A stretch of DNA of 64,000 nt. It comes from Octopus sinensis. Its lineage: Eukaryota. The notes below the pieces were generated by a model. The model had not been told where the DNA came from. It saw only the letters and a program-made list of their open reading frames with translations, and searched no databases. The position numbers and the translations under genes are program-made. Where the stretch lies: the NCBI RefSeq assembly GCF_006345805.1, contig NC_043010.1, forward strand, positions 37,510,001 to 37,574,000. The letters are read 5' to 3'. Every line of letters starts with the position of its first letter. Position 1 is the stretch's first letter. Shown here one piece after another: positions 23,688-37,240 of this stretch.

Positions 23688-23938
23688 CCGCCTTCTTTCC
23701 TGAGCGTCCAATAATACTATATTTGTTCCACGTCCTCGCGTTGTGTTTTTTTGTGCTTTCATGTTTGGATACGGGATACGAGTAAACATCCTTGTTTAAG
23801 ACTGATATTAATGTTGAAGAAGATAGTTTATTTTAGTATAATACACGACTTTTTATATTACTATGAAGTAGGTGATTGAACCGGGTCTTTTCTGTTTGCT
23901 GCACTTTTTAAAATTTTTAAATTAAATGAAAAATGTTC

Positions 23939-24490
23939 AAATTTGGTGTATTGATGTAAATTTTCACGCTGAATCTCAGGACCTAATTTCACTTGTTTCA
24001 GAAAAAGTTACAGAGGTTTAAAATTCGATCATTTTTATTCAGTCAAAGAAACAGGATTTGGAAGCTGTCATTTTGTACGTAGCTGTAATCATAAGACGAG
24101 AAAACAATACCGTCAACATTGCGACAATAGCACGTGTTTTAATTGTTTAATAAGAAAAAAATTATCAAAAACGTGTAAATAACACATATTTTGTAATTTT
24201 AAGCATCCATTAAGTGGGTATTGAAACGTAAAATATATATAAAAAAACACAGCAATAGATGGGTACAAGCAGGAAAACAGCATAAACTAGCAGTTTTGTA
24301 AACAAGATTTCCAACGCTTGGCTTGTGACTATGGAAACAGGCACCTGTGTGTCTATGGCTTTCGATTGACTAAAATTACCCAAAGTTTGCAAACTTTAAA
24401 GGCTATTAACTGTTTATTTATCGATTAATGGCGAAAATGAATTTTCATGTCAATAATTATCATACAAAACTACATCAATACACCAAATTT
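23939..24490. repeat. Perfect 20-bp inverted repeat (aaatttggtgtattgatgta), probably DNA-transposon subterminal sequence
   Basis: 23939-23958 and 24471-24490. Confidence 0.75.
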
Positions 24491-24529
24491 AGCTGTCAGA
24501 CAGAAAAGATCCATTGAGCTATTTAGTTG

Positions 24530-24790
24530 AAACAGTTTCAGAATCTAAATATTCTGGGAACTTTCTGTAAGACGGGGTATAATACAATGTCAAAGGCTTC
24601 GATAGCAACAAGATGTGGAATAGGTGACAGAAATTTCTTCGTCGTGTCATGGAAGTGGGGAGATGTCAAAATTATGTCAAAACATGTTCGAAGCTGTTTC
24701 CCATCTTGTTCGAGATTGAATGAGGTGGGGGTTGGTGAAAATGATATATCTAATATAAGCACAAGTCCTCAAATATAGCGGGCGGAGGCG
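24530..24790 (+). pseudogene. Possible hAT transposase remnant
   Basis: IATR(W)NR*QKFLRRVMEV across a 1-nt frameshift resembles the hAT motif DVxTRWNSTYxMLxRxLEL. Confidence 0.35.
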
Positions 24791-25981
24791 ATAGGCTATT
24801 GAACTGACATCAAAATTTGGCTGCTTACCTTAGTTTATTAAACCCACCAGAGTTAACACCAACATTCCCATGTACAGTAGAGATGCCCCCACCCCTATAT
24901 CTCATACCACAATGTGGTGACACGACATTTGTTAAGAGAAATATCTTGTGCTTTAAAGAACAACACAGCATGGAATATAAACCCTAACAAACATCCACTC
25001 CACTTCCCACACCTCTATAAATTAGACCAATTTTTCTTCAATACATCTAACATTTATTCTATTTAATATTCTCATTAAATAATTTCACCTGTTCAAGGAA
25101 ATTTCAAAAACTTTTTATCAAAAACAGGTAATCTAAGAAAGCATAGTTGAAGAAAAACGTCGAAAAATAAAACGAAATACTATTCTAGTTGTTAAGGTAA
25201 AGGGCACAGAAAAAAAAAATCCAAGACCGTTGTTTAACTCCAGGTCAATCTTGGTCGAGCAGATCTATGGCCAAAGAACATACCGCTTTTGAATTTTCAT
25301 CTATCTAGGATACATTATACGTATCTATCTATCTTTCTATCTATCTATATTACTACTGCCTAACAATTCTTTCCCTCTTCTCACCATGGTGTGCCACTTA
25401 ACCATTCTTTCTGATAATAGATTTACCTAAAAAAAGACCCGATCTATTTGGATTTAATTGGACTCTCCCATTCTCTTGGACATAATGAACCACAACAAAT
25501 ATTGATGAGGAACATTCTTCCACTGTCTAACCTATATTTCTCCAATGACGGGATACCAAACTTACTGAATCTTCGCTCGATACGACGCTCCAATAGGTTC
25601 TTTTCACATAGCCACGCACTATCTTTACCATTTGTAATGTAGCAAAATTTTAAAATTCAATCAAATGAAATTATATCTCCTTGTCCTGTGTTGCCTAATT
25701 GTTTGCCTTTCCTCAGTACTTTAACTTATCCCTACTGACTCAACATAATCACTCAACCACAAGTTCTATTGTTGTTCTAACTGGAATTTTGGTGGCACAT
25801 CTGTTTGCGCATTCAGAACAGCATATCTATTAGTTTGAGTCATCCTGACGAAAACTTTTCATGTCCTCTATATACATTACTACAAAATCCAATGTGTCTT
25901 TTTTTTTTTTTGTTGAAGTCAATGGCATTTATTTAGTTGGAGATTTCGTTGCTGTTCCCCTTGTGAAAAACGAGTATGTGC

Positions 25982-26137
25982 GAAGTCCTAAATAGAGAAA
26001 ACGGTGGTAGTGATGGCGGAAGTCCTAAATAGAGAAAACGGTGGTAGTGATGGCGGTAACACATAATCGGATTATTTATAGACGGGTTACATCACTAACA
26101 ATTACACCGCCAGGACGCGTCTTTACAGTCATAACTG
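25982..26137 (+). promoter_or_regulatory. Second promoter-like region / first exon, with a perfect 37-bp tandem duplication (25982-26018, 26019-26055) and a strong donor ctg|gtgagt at 26138
   Basis: Local CpG enrichment; GCGGAAGT ETS motif at the duplication junction; consensus donor. Confidence 0.45.
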
Positions 26138-26881
26138 GTGAGTTATCTCGAAAGTATTTCATTGGAAAAAAGTAATTAATTTACATCCGTTTGTTGAATT
26201 TGTCAGCATTTTATTTCGTCGTAATCAAAACTACAGAGAACTTTTGGTTCTATACTTCACGTTAACTCCAATTCGTGCTGCTCCAAAGAAAATTCTCATT
26301 TACCACGTGTTTAGGTACCCTCACGCTGTACAAACTTAAAAATTGAATATTTCACCTTCAAAATTATTTTATCTTGTATATTCCTTGTTTTTTTTTTGTT
26401 GAATTGGTACTAAACGACATTGTCTATGTTTTGTTAGTTCAAGCATTCATGTAGTTTTAAGTTTGGGTAATTTAAAAATATATTTTGGTCATTAATTTAC
26501 AGGTTTTTTTTTTTTTTGTAAGAAAGAAAAAAAAGAAAAGAAAATGAAATTTCATTTTCAAAATTAGTTTTTTTTTTGCTAATTTGATTAAGAAAACGTC
26601 TCCTAACGTTAAGTACGTGTACTTAATTCTCTGCGTTTATTCACGAAAAGCGTTTAAACTGCCGACATTTACCGATATTTGGCTGTGCTAAGTTCTCGGG
26701 GGGAAAAACTAACACTAACATATACCAAAGGAAACAATTTATTCTACAACTTCAGTGTCAGTTTTGTTTTTATTATACTGTTCAACTTATGGAATTGTTT
26801 TCAATATCTGCTTATCCGTATGTTTCATTATACGACTTGCATTAGACATGGAAAAACCGGTTATTAAAACGTGTGTGTGTG

Positions 26882-26936
<55 letters not shown>

Positions 26937-27014
26937 AATAAAAGGATGGCAGTGTTCTTAAGTCTTATATATATGTATTATTCAAATGATAAACTTTATT
27001 CGATTTATTTTCAG

Positions 27015-27055
27015 GTGTTTAAAATTCAGAAGAATATTGAAGTTACCTCCTACAG
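27015..27055 (+). other. Candidate 41-nt non-coding exon
   Basis: tttattttcag| acceptor and tacag|gtact donor; no ATG. Confidence 0.4.
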
Positions 27056-30000
27056 GTACTGTAAAAATACATCTATCATTTCCCCCACCTTCTAACTTTT
27101 AACGCTTGTGTGTGAATGCATTTCATAATTCCATAATTTAGGTAGAATATGTTGATAGTAAAATAGTAACAGACCAAATTGCTACACACTGCTTCGTTTT
27201 GTTTTTCATAAGTTGCCGAAACATTACTGGATGGGTGCGTGGGTAAATTGTTTTTCTTCTCACTGTTCCTTAAATTGTGTAAAGAAAAACAAACAAAAAA
27301 AGTAAGGACTATGAAGCATGAATGTGGGTAATCTTCATAGTGATGCTACTCATGGTAGGGAGACCCATGGAGGCTGGAGTGAATTGCACGAAAATGAGAA
27401 AATATTGCATTAGAAGCAGAAGCTGATATATCCTGAAAGGTGCAGGAGTGGCTATGTGGTAAGTAGCTTGTTTACCAACCACATGGTTCTGGGTTCAGTC
27501 CCACTGCGTGGCACCTTGGGCAGGTGTCTTCTACTGTAGCCTCAGGCCAACCAAAGCCTTGTGAGTGGATTTGGTAGATGGAAACTGAAAGAAGCCCGTC
27601 GTATATATATATATATGTATGTTTGGTGTGTTTACGTCCCCGTAACTTAGCAGTTCGGCAAAAGATACTGATAGAATAAATACTAGGCTTACAAAGAATA
27701 AGTCCTGGGGTCGATTTTCTCGACTAAAGGTGGTGTTCCAGCATGACTGAAACAAGTAAAATAACTGTACTGGAGAGATAGGTAGTGATCCTTTGTGAAA
27801 GTCTGGCATCTATTATGCTGGTTGTAAAATACAATTTAGATAATGTTATGGGACCAGATATAAATCTTCTGTTGAATAGGTTTGTCACATCTAGCATTTT
27901 CTTTGGGTATATTTGAATCCTGCAACTACAAGTTTAATGAATTTCTCTCAAATGAGACATTGCATTAATTATTACTGCCATTGCTTCAGTAACTAACCAC
28001 ACTATTAGCTATTTCCAACTAGGTGGACCCTCTTATTACAATTGAGAGATCAACGTATTGGTTGAACTGGTGGTGTGATGCTGTCTCTTAATTTCTTGGT
28101 TGGATATGTAGTACCTCATTGATGTACCTAGACTGAGCAATGAGTCTGAGTCCTTGCCATTAGGTTCTGTCATCCATTTACTTCACTAGGTATTGCTATT
28201 GTATCTAAATGCAGATTTCATGTGATGGCACCCCGAAATATATAAAGGGTTTTCAACTTCCATCTCTGCCTTGTTAGAAGCTTTCTTCATTTGAGTAATT
28301 TTTAAAATTTTGTACTATGATGCTTCAAGCGAACTACAATGCTCAACAATTTAAAAGTTGTTCTAAGCTAATGACTGTAACACCTGTGGTTCCATAAGCT
28401 GAGATACACCATATCTAAATTCAATACCTATAATGTTTTTGCATCACCATCCTACTTCAGCCTATTAAATTAAGGTACTGTTAAGTGTGTATGTAAGATA
28501 CAGTCAGGTGTGTACCCCTTCTTTCTTATAGCTTTTAGTTATATGCTGTTCTTTTTACTGTCAATGTAATCCTTTTGTGACCTATACTAATGAGGCTGGT
28601 CACTTGAAATGCTACAAATAGTAGCTAAATGTCCCTTCCATCTTAAAGAAATATCTTTTAACCAGTGTAGTCTTCGATATACAGGAGAGGAGTTTCGTTA
28701 CCATTGGAGTTTGTCATCAGAGTAGCTGTTCTGGAGTTAAACAGTAGTGGTAACTCATTTGTGACTATATTTCTATGAAGTTGAAAGAAATGTCTTAGTA
28801 TTCGAGCAAGGATTTTAGAAGAGTTTAGTAATTTCATACATTGGTATGTATTGCGTTGGGGTTTACTAACCCAAAATGCATGCTGTTGTATATGTTATGA
28901 GATTTTGATCAATGTTTGATTTGAATATAAATGCCGTATCCCTGATAGGTATGTATTGAAAAAGTTAAACTAATGAAATACATCCTTTTTATATAAAACA
29001 GCAACATATTCCACAGTGTTTCAGTGCGTATTAACCACCATCTCATAATTGCTTAGTTTCTTCCTTTTGCTTCTCCCTCTTAATGAAATAATGACCTCTC
29101 AGCTAGCTAATTGCATCATGCCTCCCATCTGGCTTGCTTGTCTCTCCTCCTCCCATTATCTTTATTGTGCTTTGCATCCTAAGCGCTGTACCTAAACATT
29201 TCTTCCATTCAGTCCTTCTTAACCAAGAAATGGAATGTTCTGGAGTTTTGTTTCTGTCTCAAGGTGACATCAACCTATATGACTCCAAGATGAAAAATAA
29301 AGGCATTAATTTAGTTCTGAGAGGGAACCTACTTATGTAATGAGTGAGCATTGCTTCTCTACTTATCTCTAACATACAACTACATCACACACACACACAC
29401 ACACACACAAAACTCCAACAACAACAAACCTTAGAACTGTGGTTCTTAACCATTTTTTTGCCTATGAACCCTTTTGATTCTGTTTTACCTTATTGGACTC
29501 CCATAGCCATTTGAAGTTTTAAAAAGATCTCGTTATATTTTTATAATGAAATGGTATTAGGAATTATATAGAAAAAATTTTTTAAATACTTTTTGTATTG
29601 TAAAAACATAACCAATTTGTGGAGATTCATTGGACACCATTTTTGCTGAGTGAGAGTCAAAGTTGGTTTCCGAGTCTAATGTTGAATATGGGGTGGTTGG
29701 TTTTGTGTTATTATTTATGGCTTAGTATGAAAATATTTTGTTCGTAAATAGATTTTAACAACAAACTCTCACATGGACCCCAATTGTGAACCACTGCCCC
29801 AGGTTACATGTAATACACTGGGAGAGCTTGTGATTCAAAATATCTTAATTTGAGCACATTATTTTGTTTGTAAACTACAATATGCATGCCTTGTACCTGG
29901 GTATATATTGTGTGTTTTATGTACTTTAGGCCCAATTGTCCTGTTACTTCAGTTGGTGTTGTATCTGAATACACTTTCTGTTTACAGACTGTGTGATGGT

Positions 30001-31796
30001 AATCAACAGCACATCCTCTTTACAAATGCATCTCACCATCACTGAGTTGAAATTTTATAGCCCATAAATTATGAATTTTCATATGAAATCCCTTCCATGT
30101 TTACTTTACTAATTGGTTATATTTTCACAGCCTGAGCATTATTGAAAATATTAAAGGTTTTTATTGTTATTTACAGTTTCACTCATTACTTGAGGTAATA
30201 CTGAATGCATTTTGGTTGTTTCCCATTAACATCTAAAGCACTCTGTTATAAGATATTGGCAGGTAACTGATAGGATCTTTGATTATGCATACATAACAAC
30301 AGGTAACCTCATTACTGCTGGAGTGTTCAGATTAATTGTTAAAATGTATTGGATTATTGATCACACAGTTAAGCATTCAAACTTTTAATATTGTAGCCAT
30401 TTTACTGCATCCTTGATAAACTCATCCAGTAGAAAATTTAGCTATAAAACTGATTATTTTTCTGACAAAATATCTTTCAGCCATTCTAGCATGTGAGATT
30501 GGTTGTAAAATAGTGCTGAATAATTTAAAATATCTGGGGTTTTCCTTAACCCTTTAGCATTCAGATTTCTTTGTCAAATGTAATGTTTATTTATTCACAT
30601 TGTTTTAAATTGACCATGCATTGTCTTGTAGCTTCAAGATTTTGATGATTCGATAGTTTATTTTTAGAATGACATTGTAGGGTAGGTGTGAGAGGCTGGA
30701 CTTGGCCAGTTTGAACATAAATCAATATTAGATGTGAAAGGGTTATAAAAAAAAATGACAAATAGTCTTTATATATGGGTGAATGAGTTGTAAAGTGATG
30801 AGGATTCACTTGTTTGATCAACTTAATTACCTGCTCATTTAAATTAATGCGTAGTGAGTGAGTATTTCTGAGACAAGTGTATTCATAAAGATGTAATTCT
30901 TAGTCAAAATGAATATGGCACTTTGTAACATATATACATATATCTCGAGGTGCAGGCATGGCTGTGTGGTAAGAAGCTTGCTTCCTAACGACATGGTTCC
31001 GGGTTCAGTCCCACTGTGTGGTACCTTGGGCAAGTGTCTTCTACCATAGCCTCAGGCTGACCAAAGCCTTGTGAGTGGGTTTGGTTGACGGAAACTGAAA
31101 AAAGCCCATTGTGTGTGTCTGTCTCCCCCACCATCGCTTGGGAACTGATGGTGTGTTTACGTGCCTGAAACTTAGTGGTTCAGCGAAAGAGAACAATAGA
31201 ATAAGTACTAGGGTTACAAAGAATAAATTCTGGGGTCTTTTTCTTCGACTAAAAGAATAAAATAATCTGTATATATTTGAATTACAAGTTCTGTCCCATC
31301 AGATGGCTGTCTATAGTTTTAATCTACTCAGTTTCTCTCAAAGTGTATAGGTCGATCCAGAGCTAATCAAATGATGCTTATGATGCTGGCACTTTGTAAA
31401 AAAAAAAAAAAAAAAAGACACAATACACACTGTAAAGTGGTTGGTGTCAGGAAGGACATCCAGCTATAGAAATCATGTCAAAATAGAGCTTGGTGCAATC
31501 CTCTGGTTTGCCAGCTCCTCTCAAACTATCCAACCTATACCAGAATGGAAAATGGATGTTAAATGATGATTTCCTGCACTGGGATTGAACCTAGGCCCTC
31601 ATGGTTGTGAAGTGAACTTAACCAATCTGCCGTATTGTACTTACATTTGGACATATATCTTTATATAAGCATGTTATTTATATATTCTAGAAGAACTTTA
31701 GGTCCTTCTTCAAAACCGTTTGTTTTTTCTCTCTTCCTTTTCATTGGATTCATGGAATAACTGGCTGTCTTGTTTCTTAGCAGAACATAGCAGCAA

Positions 31797-32009
31797 ATGG
31801 ACACGCCTGACTTTGAGAATTTGTCCGAAGATGAAATCAGGGCTCTGGTCCTGAAAGCAACACAGTCAGTTGAGAAATGTCCCAGTGTTAAACGGAAGCG
31901 TGCAACTAGGAAATGTAAAATTAATTTTGTCGAAGTAATCACTGAAATATCTCGAAGAGTAGATGGAATTTGCCAGAAAGATATTCTTGTTGCTCCGAAA
32001 GCCTGTTAA
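31797..32009 (+). CDS. Candidate 70-aa microprotein of unknown function
   Basis: MDTPDFENLSEDEIRALVLKATQSVEKCPSVKRKRATRKCKINFVEVITEISRRVDGICQKDILVAPKAC. Non-repeat, relatively GC-rich island. Acceptor tgtcttgtttcttag at 31780, in-frame TAG 9 nt before the ATG, AT-rich UTR-like sequence after the stop. Confidence 0.5.
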   Translation: MDTPDFENLSEDEIRALVLKATQSVEKCPSVKRKRATRKCKINFVEVITEISRRVDGICQKDILVAPKAC

Positions 32010-35000
32010 TATTTTATTTATTAATTTTTTTTTTTTTTACAATTTCTATTTTTCATTTCTTTTCGTTTCTGTGTTAATTACTGGTTGGCACACTGGCAGA
32101 ACCGGTAGAGCAACAGGTTAAATGCCTGGCTGTATTTATTTATTTAAATACATTCTTTTATGTTTGAGTTTTAATGCTGTTGAGGTTGACTTTGCCTTTC
32201 AGTCTTTCACCAGTTGATAAAATAAGTACCAGTCATGTACTGGAGACATGTATTGATTATCACCAGCCTAAGTTACAGATGCTTTTTCGTTATTATTTAA
32301 AATGTTCTCAATACTGTTCTTGATTTTATGTAATATATAAATATAAATATTTGAGAGGAATTAACCAAAACTGGTTGAAAATAATTCCTGGATTGAAATT
32401 TCTAAATTTCTGAGATTATTTATTGCTGTAAATAAGATTATTTTTTAAAATTAATTAACCACCTCTTTAAAGTGTATATATTTTTTTGTATGTTTTTTAA
32501 GAAAAAATTTTTCATGTTTAGCAATATTTAATTTATTTAAAACAAAACATTTCTTTTAATTTAAACACAAGATAAAAACAAACTAGCATGGTTGGGATTG
32601 TTAGAACCCAACTCATTTGTTGTGTTCTTCATATCTGCTGTTGGCATTTGGTAGAACATCTAATTAATTCTATGTTGCCTTAGTTCAGCTACTTGTGATG
32701 GTATGGTGGTGGGAGATAGATACCAGATTTTTTTTTTCTCTGGGAGTGTTTATCTGTGATAAATTTGTGACATGTCTACAAAGAGATATGTTCAGCCACC
32801 ATTTGTTTGTTTTTTTTTTTAAACTTTTATATGTTATGATGATGCTTTCTTGTAAGGACGAAGAAAGTCCTACACACAAATGAAAGTGACTTTTACTGTG
32901 ATTTGGCTGCAAGGTTTTCCTAGCAAAAGTATTGCCACTAAAAGCCAGCTATAGGTACACTAGCTTTATTATGCTCATATTTAGTCAGCTTGAATGCCTC
33001 AGGGATCAGGGCTACAATTAGTTAAATGGAGTTTTGTAGCTTAATTTTATTCCAATGAGCCCTTCTTGAGGTGGGAGTGAGAGACATATTCACGTTTGCG
33101 CTTCTCTAGGTTGCATGGCTCATTCGCAGTTATCTCCCTTCTTCACCAAACTCAAATATACTTCCGTAGAAACTACCCAGTTATGACGTGTTATCACAAA
33201 ATAAACTTTTTATCGCCCATCCTTATTAAGCCTTACACGTTTGCTTGTTTTGTTTTTCTCCTTACCTTTTCCTAATTTTTTCTGTCTCTACGTTTCTTTT
33301 ATTTTTAAACTTCTTCAGCCTTGCTATAAACAGCTTTAAGTAGATATTTTAAAAATGCTTTGAGGGTAAGATAAATTTAACAAATAGATTAATCTTAATA
33401 TTCTTATTCACTTATAAATACAACTCTCGTCAGGTTTCTTGCTTTAGAAAGATTGGAATTTTGATCCAAAGTTTTTTTTACAGCTTTTCCTGCTTGGTTT
33501 ATTATAGCAAAGTTCTTAAATTTGGAACTAACAGTGGAAGAAAAGTAAAATTGAAATTCATTAAAAAGAATTATTTTTGTTCTTTTGTTGGCAAAAGATT
33601 TACTTCCAGGCTTTGATATGTTAAAATACAGAATTAAAGAATTAATGGTAATTTTGAACAAGTAAAACACACATACTGTACTTTAAGTCCTTTGTAGTAT
33701 TGTATATTATGTTTTTGTTCATTTACAATGTAGTCCTGGACATACCATTCTAGTATGGAGTGCCAACGACCAGCTCCATAGGTTTATAACAAACAATTTT
33801 GGTACATAACTCTAAGCAGTTTTAATTTATATATTCAAATTTTAGTTGAAGATAGTTTTTATTTCAATTTTACAAACCTTTGTTGGTTTACAAAAATGTT
33901 TCCGTATTTTTAGTCGGAAATTTTGCACCATACCAAAATTAGAAAAACATCAAAGTGAATCAGAATTCTGGTTTTTGTCAAATAGTGATTCATTTTGTTC
34001 TTAAAGTTGGATTCAGGAGATGTGATGGTTATGTATTATAACTACCTTAAGAAAGGACCTAATTTACTCTTCTGATACTCCCTTTCTGTCCTGATATGAG
34101 TTACTTTGAACCACTGGTCTTTCTGTTTACTTCTGGGAGCCAGACTCTCTTAGTTGTCATAGTCCCTCCAGTTGTAAAGACAAAGATCTAATTTGTTCTT
34201 TGTCAGCAGGAGTCAGTTAAATGGCATTGATGACAGATGTTTTTGTTAGCTTGTAGTGCTGAGTTCAAATCCTCTCATTGGAGGAAAGCAACAAAGTGGA
34301 AGCTTGGGGGTCTCCAAACTTGGAATTCTACATTCCTCTTTGAGGTCAGGCATGTAAAAGGACCAAAAAGAAACATAATTCTGAGAAAATATTTTACTAA
34401 TACGAGTAATATAAGATCTTTTGAAATAACGTATCTTTATATTGAATTAGTTAATACTAGTCAAAGAAGGAATGTGTTTGATGTGCATTAGTCAGGCCTT
34501 TGATATTTGGTTAGAGAATAGTGAGTTTTATTTGTTAGTCACCTAGCTCCTCTTCTCTGCTTTGTGTGGCTAAAACCAGCTTCAATTTTGTACAAACTAT
34601 GGAATGGAAGTAAAAACGGCTCAACTGCTGCTGATGTAAACTTGTGCTTTTTGATAGCATTTTCTTTAAATTTCTTTAAAATGTTTCAGCTTCAAAGCTG
34701 TGGTGATGCTGGGACATGTTTACATTTATTCTAAAGCAGTGTCTTAGCAGCCTCATTAGAGTGTTGGATAAAATATCATACTGTAATTTTTCCAGCTCTT
34801 TACATTCCCATTTCAAATTGCACCAAAGTCATCTTTGCTTTTTGTCTCCTTGGGTTTTTTTTTATAAAATAAAGTACCATTTGAGAACAGGATTGGTGGT
34901 ATTGACTAATCTCTTTCCCCACCAAAATTGTTGTCCTTGTGCCTAAATCAGAGACAGTTATTTCGTTTCTGCAGGCTTTGTTTTCTAATCAAATGGTAAC

Positions 35001-36854
35001 AATCCCAATGAGAACATCCAGTTTTTCTCTAGATCCCCAGAACACATTTTAAGTCTTTCCTCAACTTTTCAGGGTATTGTAAATACATTTCCATGTCACA
35101 ATGTTTTTAGCTTCTTCCAATTACCTTAAGTTTGAAAAATATTTCATTCCTGTGCTAACCCTTTAGTATTCATATCATTCTGTCAAATGTGGTGCTTATT
35201 TATTTACTCTTATAGCTTTGAAGTTTTTGGAAGGACATAGTAGGGTAGGTGAGAGAGGCTGGATCTGGCTAGTTTGAACATGGAACAATATTTGGGCTGG
35301 ATATAGTCAGTTAAACTATTAAAGGGTCAAATAAGCTGATTTTGACTTGATCCTCTTTTAGGCTGACTCTGGCTTCAATATCTGTAACACTTACTTTGCA
35401 GATGCTTTTGTATTTCATTAAATTTTGAAAATAGACCTGCCTCTTGCATTGTTTCAATTGTTCACACAGCGATGCTTACATCAGCAACATACTTCACACT
35501 CAAGTCATAGAAGTCAACTAGTTTTTACAGGTGGCATCCTTGACAACCACTTTATATCCATGTGCTGGAGTAACTGGTTAAAAGTTTTATAATTTTGTTT
35601 ACATTAGTCTTGAATGTAGACGTGTTTTAATTTAGTGATTTATTAGATAGATATTTTAAAGGCCTCCTGCAATTCACCACTGAATTCTTTGGTACCAAAG
35701 AACAGTATACACATTGAAATCCTTTTTCTTGAGTATGGTGGCAAATCCCTAGTTATGTCCAGCCATTGTGGCTGTCCCATTATTAGCCACTGCTCTAATA
35801 TTCCTGACAGAATAATCTTTGACTTATTTTTCATAACACATCAACTTTGAGCTACTAGGTAAGCAGATAATCACCATTAATATACTTTAGGCTTGGTCTA
35901 TCACACTTCCCAGAAGCCGTAAGACTATTTTCAATTCCAAAAGTTGGATTCATTGAGTTGACTGCTTTGTCAGCTTTCAGTTACAAAATTTCAATTGATC
36001 CCTAGGAATTTGTTTTAACCCCTTTGGGGGCCTTGGTGGACATAATCATCCCAGTTTTGATGAGTTGTCTGTGGTGCTACAATGAATCTGTGGCAGGAGT
36101 TATGGATCACATCTCTTGCTGTTACTCATGTTTTTTAATGTTAAAGAAAAAGATCCTATTTTTTTTTTAAGGTAAGCATTTACTTCCAGGATTGGATGTA
36201 AAACAGACCCCTATATCTAAACTGTTCAAATTAAACTCTTTTTTTTAATAAAGACAGATTGCTTTTGAACATTTTTTTTTTTTTTTTTAAACAAAGTTTA
36301 GTTAAACAGTTCAACTAAATAATTTTATAAATAAAATCCAGCACTGTCATCTCATGAAGTATATTTTGTGATAAAACAAGAACAAGCAAAAAGATATTTT
36401 TATTTATGCATGATATATAACTATTTGGGCGGCAGACATATATATATATATATACACATATAAAGGCCTTTGTTAAATATTTTTTTAATGTTATATATTT
36501 CTTCCTTCATATTTGTTAATTATATTTTTGATAAAAAAAAACAAAACAAAGTGAAATAAATAATTCCATCACAACATTGGAGTTGTCTATAATTTTCGTT
36601 GTTTTTGCATTCTCTTAATTTCTGAGGTAAAATCCTGCCAAATGCTGACTTGGCTGTTTGTCTTTGCAATAAAATTCCGGGGTGTGATAAAATGAGTACC
36701 AGTAATATACTGGTTTGGGTTAATAGGCTATCATTACCTATACTTCAAATTTATGGTTTGGTGCTGTGGTGGATTGGATAAATCACAAGAGCAGTGGAGA
36801 AAATGATTTGCAGCATTTTTTTTCCTGGCTCATTTTATATATATATTTTTTTTC

Positions 36855-37240
36855 TTTTACTTGTTTCAGTCATTTGACTGCGGCCATGCTGGAGCACCGC
36901 CTTTAGTCGAGCAACTCGACCCCGGGACTTATTCTTTTGTAAGCCCAGTACTTATTCTATCAGTCTCTTTTGCCGAACCGCTAAGTTACGGGGGCGTAAA
37001 CACACCAGCATCGGTTGTCAAGCAATGCTAGAGGGACAAACACAGACAGACACAAACATATACACACACATACATATATATACATATATACGACAGGCTT
37101 CTTTCAGTTTCCGTCTACCAAATCCACTCACAAGGCATTGGTCGGCCCGGGGCTATAGCAGAAGACACTTGCCCAAGATGCCATGCAGTGGGACTGAACC
37201 GGAACCATGTGGTTGGTAAACAAGCTACTTACCACACAGC
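36855..37240 (-). mobile_element. Young, near-consensus copy of the CORE-like SINE
   Basis: CpG-rich, near reverse complement of 13100-13535. Confidence 0.85.

Noticed and set aside
24527-24778. Overlapping 83-aa (+, LRR-like) and 74-aa (-) ORFs
   Set aside because: No splice context or partner exons; better explained as a decayed transposase fragment.
33404-33670. 88-aa minus-strand ORF with faint recombinase/transposase-like wording
   Set aside because: AT-rich and on the opposite strand to the 70-aa ORF, with no splice signals or diagnostic motif.
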